NCBI GenBank assembly: GCA_963833575.1
Contig: CAWHXY010000007.1
Coordinates: 288,001 to 352,000, forward strand
DNA from: Candidatus Bathyarchaeota archaeon
Lineage (GTDB): Archaea > Thermoproteota > Bathyarchaeia > Bathyarchaeales > Bathycorpusculaceae
DNA: 64,000 nucleotides
Direction of reading: 5' to 3'
The notes under the pieces were generated by a model. The model ran no database searches. It saw nothing but the letters and a program-made list of their open reading frames with translations, and was not told the DNA's origin. Position 1 is the stretch's first letter, and the number at the start of each line of letters is the position of its first letter. This document shows, one piece after another, positions 8,962-19,095 of the stretch. Both the position numbers and the translations under genes were made by a program.

Positions 8962-9888
8962 ATGACGTCTCAAGAAGTTCTGATTGAAGCGCAGGGTTTA
9001 ACAAAGAAATTTGATGATTTCACTGCAGTAGATCATATAGACTTTAAAGTTTACAAGGGTGAATGTGTAGGTTTCTTGGGACCTAACGGTGCAGGCAAAA
9101 CTACAACGGTTCGGATGATGTATTGTTTTTTGCCGCCAACCTCTGGAGAATTAAAGCTTGCAGGCTTGAGTGTTAACAAGGATTGCAGAGAAATAAAGAA
9201 TCTTGTTGGTGTAGCGCCTCAAGAGGACAATTTAGATCCAGATTTCACTGTTATAAAAAACCTCACTGTTTATTGCCGTTATTTTGGTATCCCAAAAGAT
9301 GAAGCTCTTAAACGGGCGAATGAGCAGCTGAAGTTTTTTCAACTTGAGGAAAAAAGAGATGTGTCTATAGCTGCCTTGTCGGGAGGCTTGAAGCGTCGTT
9401 TGATTTTTGCAAGGGCTCTAATAAATCAGCCTCAAATTCTTCTTTTAGATGAGCCAACAACAGGTTTAGATCCGCAGGCTCGCCATTTGGCTTGGGATGA
9501 AGTGCGGAACTTGAAGAAAAAGCAAGTTACGATAATTTTAACCACACACTACATGGATGAAGCTGCAGTCCTATGCGACCGCATACTCATAGTTGATAAA
9601 GGCAAAATCATTGAGGAAGGCAGCCCCGCTGAACTGGTGAAGAAGCATGTTGGCGAAGAGGTTTTGGAAGTTGATTATGACGAGAAATTGCTGCCCAGTT
9701 TAAAAGAGGCGTTTTCAGATGCACGTTTTGAGCATTTAGGTGACCGACTGCAAATCTTCACCGACAAACCTCATGGGGTTTTTGAAGGCTTCCTAAAAGA
9801 GCACCCCATGCAAAATGTAACCATACGTACAGCTAATCTTGAGGATGTTTTCCTTAAACTAACAGGAAGGGGCTTGAGAGAAGAATGA
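8962..9888 (+). CDS. ABC exporter ATP-binding subunit (NodI/DrrA-like)
   Basis: GPNGAGKTT, LSGGLKRR, LLLDEPT, TTHYMDEA. Confidence 0.93.
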   Translation: MTSQEVLIEAQGLTKKFDDFTAVDHIDFKVYKGECVGFLGPNGAGKTTTVRMMYCFLPPTSGELKLAGLSVNKDCREIKNLVGVAPQEDNLDPDFTVIKNLTVYCRYFGIPKDEALKRANEQLKFFQLEEKRDVSIAALSGGLKRRLIFARALINQPQILLLDEPTTGLDPQARHLAWDEVRNLKKKQVTIILTTHYMDEAAVLCDRILIVDKGKIIEEGSPAELVKKHVGEEVLEVDYDEKLLPSLKEAFSDARFEHLGDRLQIFTDKPHGVFEGFLKEHPMQNVTIRTANLEDVFLKLTGRGLREE

Positions 9889-10718
9889 CCAGCCCCAACC
9901 TGCGCAAGTCTCCAGCCCGTTTCGCCCTTCCAAGATTGTCCTATAGGGTTTGGATGGTTTGGCGCCGCAACTTTGATGTCTTCACAAAAACTATAGCCGT
10001 TAATTTCTTGCCTTCACTTCTTGAACCCATACTGTACCTACTGGCTTTCGGCTTTGGACTTGGCGGCTTCATACCAAGCATTCGAGGCCAATCATACATC
10101 AGTTTTATTGCGCCCGCACTAGTGGCAATTTCCGTCATGAACGGCTCTTTCTTTGAATGCACTTTTGCTTCTTTCGTTCGCATGTACTTCCAAAAAACCT
10201 TTGACGCCATCGTTGCCACGCCCGTTAGTGTTGAAGAAGTGGTTGCAGGAGAACTTCTTTGGGGAGCAACCCGAGCAACAATTAACACAACCATTGTATT
10301 GGCGGTGGTTGCCGCTTTCGGGTTAATTTCAAGCCCACTATTTTTATTGGTTATCCCGTTCGCTTTTTTTGGCGGTTTGATGTTTGCTTCTATGGCAATG
10401 TGCTTTACCTCGGTTGCGCCAAATATTGACTTCTTTAATTTTCCCTCATTTCTGTTTTTGACGCCAATGTTCTTTTTATGTGGCACATTCTTCCCATTGA
10501 CATCTTTGCCTGTTGCGGCACAAGGAACCGCCTTGACAGTTTTGCCCTTAACTCATGTTGTAAATATTACCAGAGGCCTAATTTCGGGGAAACTGGAACC
10601 AATCCTCGGTTTGAGCCCTGCAACGTTAATACTTGTAAGTTTAACATGGATAATAGCAGTTACAATTTTCTTCTTTATACTTAGCATTAATCTGATGAAA
10701 AAACGGTTAACAAGCTAA
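9885..10718 (+). CDS. ABC-2 permease (NodJ-like)
   Basis: About six TM helices, PLTH motif, ATGA overlap with the ATPase. Confidence 0.9.
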   Translation: MTSPNLRKSPARFALPRLSYRVWMVWRRNFDVFTKTIAVNFLPSLLEPILYLLAFGFGLGGFIPSIRGQSYISFIAPALVAISVMNGSFFECTFASFVRMYFQKTFDAIVATPVSVEEVVAGELLWGATRATINTTIVLAVVAAFGLISSPLFLLVIPFAFFGGLMFASMAMCFTSVAPNIDFFNFPSFLFLTPMFFLCGTFFPLTSLPVAAQGTALTVLPLTHVVNITRGLISGKLEPILGLSPATLILVSLTWIIAVTIFFFILSINLMKKRLTS

Positions 10719-10760
10719 ACTATCTTAACCTATAGTCGCCACTCAGTGGAAGAAAATTAA

Positions 10761-11684
10761 TTACAGCTTTATCTCTTTAATTTCTGCGATGACAAGATAG
10801 AAAGTCGCTAGTCCCTTCCATTTGCCCCATGAGTTAGCAATTTCACGTGCCTCCTCAGCCTTTATCGGTTTACCTTTGCAGTAATATTCTGAAATCACTC
10901 GTCTAACACCTAAATCGTCAGCTGGAAAGGCATCTAACTTTTGCATTCCTCTAAGCATAGTTAACTCAGCTGTCCAAATCCCAATGCCTCTGATTGCGTC
11001 AAGCTCTGAAATGATTTCTTCGGGATTTTGTTGAGTTTTTAGGTTCTCAAGATCCAGGTTGCCTTCAAAAATTAATTGGGCTGCTCCTTGAATGTACTCG
11101 GCTTTACGTCTACTTAAGCCAACTTGTTGTATCTCATCGATGCTTGTTCTGGCTATTGTTTGGGGTGTTGGGAACGCAAAGTAAGTCACTCCATCTATAT
11201 CTATATGGTCGCCGAGTTTTTTTGTTAAACGTTCCTCTAATGCGACTGCAACTTTAATCGAGATTTGCTGTTCAATTATGGAGTCAACCAACGATTCAAA
11301 AACAGTTGGGGTTGTCGGATTCTTTAATCCATACAGCCGTTCAGTTAATTTATGCATTATAGGCTCGTTTTTTATATCGCTGTAAAAAGAGCAAAGATCA
11401 AAGTCAAGGTTGAAAATGAATGTTAACATTTCCTCAGCTTTTCGCTTAATCTCGGATGCAATAGGTTGGTTTGATTTTACTTCAAGAGTTATTCTTGGTT
11501 GCTCAACCGTTCCTGCTGAGGATAATTTAACCAGGAGAAGATCACCATTGATTTTTAAGACTTGACAGAATTGACCATTTTCAAACGATCGAATCTGTTT
11601 GTCGCCGCTGCTAAATATAAGAGCAGTCAAATCAAAGTCAAGGGGCGCTTGCGGCTTAATCGTTATGATTTCGGTGAAGGTCAT
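10761..11684 (-). CDS. AlkA/Ogg-family HhH-GPD DNA glycosylase
   Basis: IRGIGIWTAE HhH motif, FPADDLGV, SIIEQQIS. Confidence 0.9.
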   Translation of the reverse strand: MTFTEIITIKPQAPLDFDLTALIFSSGDKQIRSFENGQFCQVLKINGDLLLVKLSSAGTVEQPRITLEVKSNQPIASEIKRKAEEMLTFIFNLDFDLCSFYSDIKNEPIMHKLTERLYGLKNPTTPTVFESLVDSIIEQQISIKVAVALEERLTKKLGDHIDIDGVTYFAFPTPQTIARTSIDEIQQVGLSRRKAEYIQGAAQLIFEGNLDLENLKTQQNPEEIISELDAIRGIGIWTAELTMLRGMQKLDAFPADDLGVRRVISEYYCKGKPIKAEEAREIANSWGKWKGLATFYLVIAEIKEIKL

Positions 11685-11781
11685 CTTGCCTCATCTCAAA
11701 TGCTGACTTTACAGCTTCAGCGAAAATATTAAAGATTTTTAACTACAAAGCGCGTTGTAAGCGAGTAACGGATGGTTAATC

Positions 11782-12456
11782 ATGCGTCTAGTCGTGCGAA
11801 TAGGCGGTTCAGTAGTAGCATCACCGGTAAACACCAAGTTAATGAGCGAATACGCTGACCTAATAAAAACTGTGAAAAGTCAAGGCCATGAGGTTGCGGT
11901 GGTTGTTGGAGGCGGCGCTTTGGCACGGGAATTCATCAAAATTGCAAAAGATTTAGGTTTAGATATGCAGGGGCAGGATGAAATTGCCATTTCTTGTTCG
12001 CGTTTGTTTGCTCAGCTTTTCCTCAAAAGACTCGGCGAAGTTGGCTGCAGCAAAGTGGCTATAACGCTTGATGATGCAGCGCAGTGCCTTAACGAGGGAA
12101 AGGTTGTTGTTATGGGGGGTTTGAAACCTGGAATCACCACGGATACCGTTGCAGCGTTGGTTGCTGAGCGGGTAAACGCGGATTTACTGGTTAAGGGCAC
12201 CGACCAAGAAGGCGTTTATGACAAAGACCCCAGAAAGCACGCGGACGCAGTTAAGCTTGATCACCTGAGTTTTGATGATTTGTCAAAGGTTTTTGAAGGG
12301 AGCGTGCATAAAGCAGGGATTCATCAGATTATTGATCCTGAAGCTATTAAAGTTTTGAAGCGTCATCGTTTTAAATTGATTGTTGTTAACGGCTTTAAGC
12401 CCGAGAATATTCTGGCAGCTGTTAATGGTGATGAAGTGGGCACTATTATTAGCTAA
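11782..12456 (+). CDS. pyrH: UMP kinase
   Basis: RIGGSV, VVGGGALAR, PGITTDTVAA, GVYDKDP. Confidence 0.93.
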   Translation: MRLVVRIGGSVVASPVNTKLMSEYADLIKTVKSQGHEVAVVVGGGALAREFIKIAKDLGLDMQGQDEIAISCSRLFAQLFLKRLGEVGCSKVAITLDDAAQCLNEGKVVVMGGLKPGITTDTVAALVAERVNADLLVKGTDQEGVYDKDPRKHADAVKLDHLSFDDLSKVFEGSVHKAGIHQIIDPEAIKVLKRHRFKLIVVNGFKPENILAAVNGDEVGTIIS

Positions 12457-12500
12457 TTTTTCATCTTTTACGATTTTTTGTTGTTATTTTTTCCTACATG

Positions 12501-12571
12501 TTTAAATATCACTTGCGATATCGCATGTGATGTCAAATACGATATCGATAACGATATCGAAGGCGATAATA
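12501..12571 (+). promoter_or_regulatory. TATA box plus six GATATC-like boxes at 12-bp spacing (probable PadR operator array)
   Basis: TTTAAATA at 12501. Boxes at 12504 aaATATCa, 12516 cGATATCg, 12528 tGATGTCa, 12540 cGATATCg, 12552 cGATATCg and 12564 cGATAAta. Confidence 0.7.
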
Positions 12572-12573
12572 TA

Positions 12574-13197
12574 ATGGATAAAGAAGAAAGAGAAGAAAAA
12601 AAACAAATCAAACATGAAATGCGCGAAGAAAAACACATGATGTTCCACAGGCGAAACTGGCTACGCCACAACGCCATGGTTCCAAAAGGATTCCTACGCT
12701 ACCACGTACTAGAAGCACTCAACGAAAAAGCAATGTCCGGTTCAGAATTAATGGATGAAATCCAAAAACACACAGGCGGAACTTGGAAACCCAGCCCAGG
12801 CTCAATCTACCCCCTACTTGCATGGTTACAAGACAACACGTACATAACTGAACTCCCTACAGAGAACGGATTTAAACGCTATGAATTAACAAAAACTGGC
12901 AAAGATTTTCTTGAGGAGCAAACCAAAATCAGAGATAAATTCACGCAGGACTCAGGATTCCTGGCAAGCCCATTTTTTGACAGATTCTTTGGCAAAATAC
13001 CTGAAGAAAAGTCAAATCAAATTCGTTTGTCGATGAAGAGGTTGTTTGTTTCATCGATAAAACTGGCTAAGGCTATGAGAGAAAGCTATTCTGAAAAAGA
13101 TTTAGATGAAGCGTTAAAGGTGCTTGATGAAGCCTCGACAAAACTTGAAGATATAAGAAGTAAAATGACAGCTGGAACTGAAAATGAGTCAAAATGA
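12574..13197 (+). CDS. PadR-family transcriptional regulator
   Basis: GFLRYHVL, MSGSELM, WKPSPGSIYPLL, YELTKTG. Start moved to ATG at 12574 because the called N-terminus is translated operator DNA. Confidence 0.9.
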   Translation: MDKEEREEKKQIKHEMREEKHMMFHRRNWLRHNAMVPKGFLRYHVLEALNEKAMSGSELMDEIQKHTGGTWKPSPGSIYPLLAWLQDNTYITELPTENGFKRYELTKTGKDFLEEQTKIRDKFTQDSGFLASPFFDRFFGKIPEEKSNQIRLSMKRLFVSSIKLAKAMRESYSEKDLDEALKVLDEASTKLEDIRSKMTAGTENESK

Positions 13198-14191
13198 AGA
13201 CGTTATAAAAGTTGAAGGATTAACCAAAGTTTACAACCACAGTCTAACCGCGGTTGATCACATAGACTTCAGCGTTAAAAGGGGAGAAATCTTTGGTTTT
13301 CTTGGACCCAACGGCGCAGGAAAAACAACTACCATCAAAATGCTCATAACAGTCATAAGACCCACAGAAGGAACAGCAACTATACTGAGCGGCGACATTG
13401 CAAAACAAAGCATGGAAGTACGAGCAGCAATTGGCGTAGTCCCACAAGAATATACTGCAGACGAGGACTTAACCGGAATTGAAAACATTCTGTTGTGCGC
13501 TGACCTCTATGGCATTCCACGTTCAGTGTCGAAAAAACGGGCTGCAGACCTTTTGAATTTAGTTGAGTTAACAGCATTCAAAGATAAACGAGTTCAAACT
13601 TTTTCAGGCGGCATGCGTAGAAGGCTAGAGTTGGCATGCGGCTTAATTAATCGTCCCAAAGTCCTATTCCTAGATGAACCTACATTAGGATTAGATGTGC
13701 AAACTCGAGCAGCTACTTGGAATTACGTTAAGATGCTCAAAAAAGAATTCGGCATGACCCTTTTCTTAACAACACACTACCTTGAAGAAGCAGATGCCCT
13801 CTGCGACCGCATAGCCATAATTGACCATGGAAAAATCGTTGTCGTCGGCAGTCCAACAGAGCTTAAAGACAGTTTAGGCGGAGACATCATAACGCTTAGC
13901 ATTCAAAAAGAAGAAGACATCACCGGATTAATCAGCAAAATTGAGCATGTAAAAGAAGTTAAAAAAGAAAACGGCTCATACATGATCAAATCATCAAACG
14001 GAGAGCTAACGGCACCCTTAATCATCGAAGCATTAAGAAAAAGCGGACAGGTTGTAACGAAGCTTGCATTAACAAAACCAACATTGAACGAGGTTTACCT
14101 ACAATATACTGGAAAATCTATGCGTGATGCAGAGGAATCTCGGGAAACAGTAATGCAACAGAGAATGGCTATGAGGAGATCACGAGCATGA
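13184..14191 (+). CDS. ABC exporter ATP-binding subunit (DrrA-like)
   Basis: GPNGAGKTT, FSGGMRRRLE, LFLDEPT. Confidence 0.93.
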   Translation: MSQNEDVIKVEGLTKVYNHSLTAVDHIDFSVKRGEIFGFLGPNGAGKTTTIKMLITVIRPTEGTATILSGDIAKQSMEVRAAIGVVPQEYTADEDLTGIENILLCADLYGIPRSVSKKRAADLLNLVELTAFKDKRVQTFSGGMRRRLELACGLINRPKVLFLDEPTLGLDVQTRAATWNYVKMLKKEFGMTLFLTTHYLEEADALCDRIAIIDHGKIVVVGSPTELKDSLGGDIITLSIQKEEDITGLISKIEHVKEVKKENGSYMIKSSNGELTAPLIIEALRKSGQVVTKLALTKPTLNEVYLQYTGKSMRDAEESRETVMQQRMAMRRSRA

Positions 14192-15033
14192 GCGAAACAG
14201 ATGAAAACCAAGTTTCAAAAAGCCGAATGCACGGTCTGTGGGCCTTAACCAACAGAGAACTTAAAAAATGGTATCAGCAACCGTTCGTTTTAGCCATGGG
14301 AATAATTCAGCCGATCCTTTGGTTAGCTCTGCTTGGAAAAGCGATGAACATAGGCAATATCGTAACAGGTATTCCAGGCATAGATCCTACAAAGGTTATG
14401 ATGGCGACATTTGGAACAAAAGATTATTTCTCGTTCATGTCGATGAGCATGGTAGCCTTCACCGTAGTATTTACAACGGCGTTTGTGGGCATGTCTGTAG
14501 TTTGGGATAAACGATTGGGTTTCATGAATAAAGTCTTAAGCACTCCAGTATCACGATCGGCTATAATCCTATCAAAAGTATTTGCGGCAAGCGTCCGAGC
14601 AATCTTTCAAGCAGCCATCGTAGCAGCTGTAGCATTCGCATTAGGACTCAGCACTGGAAGCAACTTCGCATGGTACAGCATACTTGGAATATTCGCTATA
14701 GTATTCCTAATCAGTGTTGGCTTATCATCATTCTTCACCGCCCTAACGTTAAGAGCAACAAGAATGGAGATGCCTCAAGCAATCTTCCAACTCGTAACTC
14801 TACCATTAATGTTTGCAAGCAGCGCCTACTTCCCAATTGCCCAAATGCCAAGTTGGCTCCAAGCAATAGCAAACGTTAACCCAATATCATACACAATCGA
14901 CGCAGTAAGAAGACTAATGGTGTTCAGCGACGGATTCAAACAGCTACCACTTGACTTTGCATACGTCGGAGTCTTTGCAGTCATTGTAACAGTCATATGC
15001 GTAGTACTCTCATGGAGATACCTGAACAAGTAA
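14188..15033 (+). CDS. ABC-2 permease (DrrB-like)
   Basis: Multiple TM helices, NPISY motif, ATGA overlap. Confidence 0.9.
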   Translation: MSETDENQVSKSRMHGLWALTNRELKKWYQQPFVLAMGIIQPILWLALLGKAMNIGNIVTGIPGIDPTKVMMATFGTKDYFSFMSMSMVAFTVVFTTAFVGMSVVWDKRLGFMNKVLSTPVSRSAIILSKVFAASVRAIFQAAIVAAVAFALGLSTGSNFAWYSILGIFAIVFLISVGLSSFFTALTLRATRMEMPQAIFQLVTLPLMFASSAYFPIAQMPSWLQAIANVNPISYTIDAVRRLMVFSDGFKQLPLDFAYVGVFAVIVTVICVVLSWRYLNK

Positions 15034-15143
15034 TGCAAAAAAATTAAAACAAAAACACAATTTCCCTTTTTTAATGTAACTAGTCCTTATAAGAATGAAC
15101 CATTTCCATTTTCAATACAATAAACAAAGGAGCAAAAAAAGCT

Positions 15144-15833
15144 ATGACAACAATTGTCGAAGCAATAGACCTGAAAAAAACTTACATGCTTGGAAAAGTC
15201 CCTGTTGAAGCGCTTCGAGGGGTAAACCTCAAAGTTGAAACTGGAGACTTCGTTTCCATCCTTGGACCGTCCGGAAGCGGCAAATCCACAATGCTAAACA
15301 TGATAGGCGCATTAGACAAACCGACTTCCGGAACTATGCTGATAGACGGCGTTGACATATCTAAACTCAACGACAACCAATTAGCTGATTTGCGAAAGCG
15401 AATTGGTTTTGTTTTCCAATTTTTCAATTTGATACCTAGATTAACCGCGAAAGATAATGTTGAATTGTCTATGTCTATTGCGGATATGGGTAAAGCTGAA
15501 CGGAGGAAAAAAGCGATAGAGCTTCTTGAAACCGTAGGTTTGAAAGATCGAATTAATCATAAGCCCGCTGAACTCAGCGGTGGACAGCAACAACGTGTGG
15601 CCATTGCTCGCGCTTTAGCAAACAGTCCTAAATTTCTTTTGCTTGATGAGCCGACAGGCAACATTGATTCCAAAACCGCAAGTGAAGTTATCGCTTTAAT
15701 CAACAAGTTGAACACAGAACAAAATGTTAGTATAATTATGGTTACTCATGACCAACATTTAGCTAGAGAAGCCAAAAGAACTGCGCAAATGTTTGATGGT
15801 CAAATTATATCTGAAGTGGTGAATGAAAGATGA
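15144..15833 (+). CDS. LolD/MacB-type ABC ATPase
   Basis: [32 protein letters not shown]. Confidence 0.93.
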   Translation: MTTIVEAIDLKKTYMLGKVPVEALRGVNLKVETGDFVSILGPSGSGKSTMLNMIGALDKPTSGTMLIDGVDISKLNDNQLADLRKRIGFVFQFFNLIPRLTAKDNVELSMSIADMGKAERRKKAIELLETVGLKDRINHKPAELSGGQQQRVAIARALANSPKFLLLDEPTGNIDSKTASEVIALINKLNTEQNVSIIMVTHDQHLAREAKRTAQMFDGQIISEVVNER

Positions 15834-17182
15834 AAACCTATGATATTTTTGGTTACTCATTTAGCGCAATTAGACTCCGCAAATTAAGAGCGGCTTTGAC
15901 AACTTTAGGCGTTGTTATTGGCATCGCAGCCATTGTGGCTTTGTTATCGATTACTCAGGGCTTGCAGACCACCATAACGGGTTCGCTTAATCGAGGATTG
16001 TCAGCTACTACATTAATTGTTGTGCCTGGCAGCAATGCACTGGGCGGAATTGGCTCTAGTGGTTCAACCACAAGTGGCGGCACAAGTGGTTTCGGCGGGC
16101 GTGGAAGTGGAGGACCTGGAGGAGGCATATCTTTGGGTGGTTCAAGCGCCAGCAGCTCTGGTTTCGCATTATATATTAATTACACTAGTCAAATTGACGC
16201 TTTATCACCTGACATTAATTCTTCAACGGCTGTTATACAAAGAACTGGGTACATAAACACGGGAACCGTAAGTGAAGCCGTAAGCATTTACGGCGTTAAT
16301 TATGGTGAGTATTCAAATCAATATCCCACAACGTTTGTGGCAGGTTCAGGAACTATTCCAACAAGTCCAAGTGATAACCAAATAGTTGTGGGAACAAGAA
16401 TAGTTGACCCTAGAGAAAATGGTACAACTCTCTTTAGTGCGGGCAACAACGTAGAAATAGATTGGACCAACGCGTCAACTCTACAAATAGTAAACGAGAC
16501 TTACATAGCAAATGTTGCAGGGGTGCTCCAAAAAGTTGGCGGTTTTGGCGCTACCGGACCCTCGGACTCAGGTATATACATGCCACTGAGTAAGGCAGAG
16601 AACTTCTTTGGAACCGACCAATGCGACTACATAATTGTCCAGTTAAAGAACAGCAACAATGCAACCATCAACAATGTTACTAAAGCGATTACTGATCATT
16701 TCAGCGGTCAAGTTACTGTCATCTCTTCAACAGCGGTACTAAGTTTGCTATCAACTATCTTTGGCACCATACAATTTTTCCTCGGCGGAATAGCAGCAAT
16801 TTCTTTAATCGTAGCAGGTGTCGGCATAATGAACATAATGATAGTTTCTTTAATTGAGCGGACACGAGAAATCGGAATTCTAAAAGCTTTAGGCATGAAA
16901 AGTCGAACAGTCTTAATGATTTTCCTAGGTGAATCAGTGATAGTTGGGGTAATCGGCGCAATAGGTGGAATCATTTTAGGCTGGGTTGTTGCAAATGTTA
17001 CAACTGGAATTTTAGCTTCAGGGCTTTTTGGGGGAAGCGGATTTCAAGTGACGCCGTTACTTACGCCAGAGGTTTTTGTGGGTGCCCTAGGCTTTGGAGT
17101 TGGAGTTAGCGTAATCTTTGCATTATACCCTGCCTGGCGTGCATCTAAGCTCAAGCCAGTAGAAGCTTTAAGATACGAATAG
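15830..17182 (+). CDS. MacB/FtsX-type permease
   Basis: RAALTTLGVVIG, ERTREIGILKALG, PVEALRYE; Gly/Ser-rich extracellular insert. Confidence 0.92.
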   Translation: MKTYDIFGYSFSAIRLRKLRAALTTLGVVIGIAAIVALLSITQGLQTTITGSLNRGLSATTLIVVPGSNALGGIGSSGSTTSGGTSGFGGRGSGGPGGGISLGGSSASSSGFALYINYTSQIDALSPDINSSTAVIQRTGYINTGTVSEAVSIYGVNYGEYSNQYPTTFVAGSGTIPTSPSDNQIVVGTRIVDPRENGTTLFSAGNNVEIDWTNASTLQIVNETYIANVAGVLQKVGGFGATGPSDSGIYMPLSKAENFFGTDQCDYIIVQLKNSNNATINNVTKAITDHFSGQVTVISSTAVLSLLSTIFGTIQFFLGGIAAISLIVAGVGIMNIMIVSLIERTREIGILKALGMKSRTVLMIFLGESVIVGVIGAIGGIILGWVVANVTTGILASGLFGGSGFQVTPLLTPEVFVGALGFGVGVSVIFALYPAWRASKLKPVEALRYE

Positions 17183-17207
17183 CATTGAATCATAATAGGC
17201 GTTTGCA

Positions 17208-17651
17208 ATGAAGGGGATGTACCCTGATCAGCCGGTCGTAGGTGTCGGTGTAGTAATAGTCAATGAAGGCAAAATTGCTCTTATCAAGCGGGGAAATGAG
17301 CCAAGCAAAGGCAAGTGGACAATTCCTGGTGGAATAGTTGAACTTGCTGAAAGCCCAGAGTCAGCTGTTCTTCGAGAAGCTAAAGAAGAAACTGGCTTGG
17401 ACTCTGATAACCCAATCTTACTTGATGTTGTAAGCAACGTTGATTTAGATGAGCTAGGCAAAGTCAAGTATCATTATGTCATAATTGACTATTTAGTGCA
17501 TGTTAGAAGCGGAATAGCGAAGGCTTCAAGTGACGCGGCAGATTTGCATTGGGTACCATTTCAAGAAGTGGAAAACTACAATTTAACGTCATCATTTCGA
17601 CTTTTCTTCAGAAACAACAGAGAAAAACTCGAAAAATCTAATTCCTATTAA
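17208..17651 (+). CDS. Nudix hydrolase (ADP-ribose pyrophosphatase-like)
   Basis: Nudix box GGIVELAESPESAVLREAKEETG. Confidence 0.9.
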   Translation: MKGMYPDQPVVGVGVVIVNEGKIALIKRGNEPSKGKWTIPGGIVELAESPESAVLREAKEETGLDSDNPILLDVVSNVDLDELGKVKYHYVIIDYLVHVRSGIAKASSDAADLHWVPFQEVENYNLTSSFRLFFRNNREKLEKSNSY

Positions 17652-19095
17652 AGAATAGCCGAGTTTCACCCATCGTTTTGATGTCTAAGGCTCGGACTCT
17701 TGCAACAATTGGAAAATCACCCACTACTTTGCCAAGTGTTAGACAATGATGTGGCGGCAGATCACGAGCGATAGACCTTACCGTTTCTGCATCTACACGT
17801 GCAGCTCTTGAAACAACATCTAGATCATGTTCGTTCGTAAAGTTGAAGAGGAAAATGTTGTCGGCTTGGCGATAAATGGTTTCTTGGATGGTGTCAGGCT
17901 GGTTTGTAATGAATGTCGTGAATATGCCATAGTGGCGCATTCTGGTTACAATGTCGTCCCAGTAAGTTTCTCTTAGGTAGAGGTGTGCTTCTTCTGCGAA
18001 GAGGAAAACTGCTTTTAGTTTCCAGTTTGAGAGAGAATCGACCAGTTTTCCAAGAACGTATTCAACCACGATTTGACGATCTATGTTTGATGTATTCTTT
18101 AGGTTTATGACAATGGCACCACCTTGGTCTTTGGATTTCAAAATGCTCTCATCGAGCAGTGTGGCTTCGCCTGGGCAATCAGTGAAGAATCCGGAGTTAG
18201 CAAACGAGTGAAACCTTGAAGCTAACGCGTCCCGCACGTGCTGGTTGCAGTTTAAATCTCGAATTGCTTCGCCTAAAGCTTGCATGGTGAGTTTACCCTG
18301 CTCTTTTAGCATTTTCCACAAACGTCTAAACTCGCGGGCGGAAGTGCCTGGCAAATGCAACGCATTTACGAGAATACCCATTACCGTGTTTAAAGGAAGT
18401 TGTTCAAGGGCTACCTTGAAGTTCTGAGACGGAGCTAAAGTGTGGATTTTGTCGTAGTACATGTTTCTTTTGCCATCATTTGTCATACCTAAGCTGCTGT
18501 ATTCGCCGTTTAAGTCAAAGATGACTACGGTTGCTTTGTACCCGACAAGGTTAACCATTAACAGTTTGGAAAGATGGGATTTGCCACAGCCCTTCTTACC
18601 AGTAATGATGTTTAGTGTGCCGTCTAAGGCTGTTGCATCGATGGTTAATAGAGAAGAGTCTTTTGTGCCTCCCAACATAATAGGTAGTTTTCCTTCGGTT
18701 TTTGCCAGCCTCATTAGCATGGGAATTGACAATTTTTTGATTGTGGATTGTGAACGGCTGGGAAGCCAACTGCTACTCGGGCTCAACATTTCATTTTCCC
18801 ACGTCGCCCTTATTTTGCAGATCAAAAGGCTGGCATCTTGAATGTAGGTGATATGTGGAGCAATCTCCATGGGATCAATATCTTCGCCTTGCAAGGGTTC
18901 TCCTCCATCTGGCAAAGTTCGCAAAAGCTCTTCGAGTACGCCTGGAACAGCGGCAAACTGAACATCAATAACTTGGGCGATCAACGCTTTTCCAGCATCT
19001 TGGTCCTCTATGAGCAAGTAGTCACCCTTTTCGGCGTTCTCAGTTGGGAAACTAATGACTTGAAGGATGTTTCCTTCCTTTTTGTACAGTTTCAT
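17638..19095 (-). CDS. HerA-like (DUF87) ATPase/helicase
   Basis: HAS-barrel-like N-terminus, Walker A GKKGCGKS, FDLNGEY, Walker B FLFAEEAH, RMRHYG, TNQP. Confidence 0.85.
   Translation of the reverse strand: MKLYKKEGNILQVISFPTENAEKGDYLLIEDQDAGKALIAQVIDVQFAAVPGVLEELLRTLPDGGEPLQGEDIDPMEIAPHITYIQDASLLICKIRATWENEMLSPSSSWLPSRSQSTIKKLSIPMLMRLAKTEGKLPIMLGGTKDSSLLTIDATALDGTLNIITGKKGCGKSHLSKLLMVNLVGYKATVVIFDLNGEYSSLGMTNDGKRNMYYDKIHTLAPSQNFKVALEQLPLNTVMGILVNALHLPGTSAREFRRLWKMLKEQGKLTMQALGEAIRDLNCNQHVRDALASRFHSFANSGFFTDCPGEATLLDESILKSKDQGGAIVINLKNTSNIDRQIVVEYVLGKLVDSLSNWKLKAVFLFAEEAHLYLRETYWDDIVTRMRHYGIFTTFITNQPDTIQETIYRQADNIFLFNFTNEHDLDVVSRAARVDAETVRSIARDLPPHHCLTLGKVVGDFPIVARVRALDIKTMGETRLFFNRN

Noticed and set aside
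12478-12573. Called N-terminal extension of PadR (CDIACDVKYDIDNDIE)
   Set aside because: It is the translation of the TATA box and 12-bp operator array.
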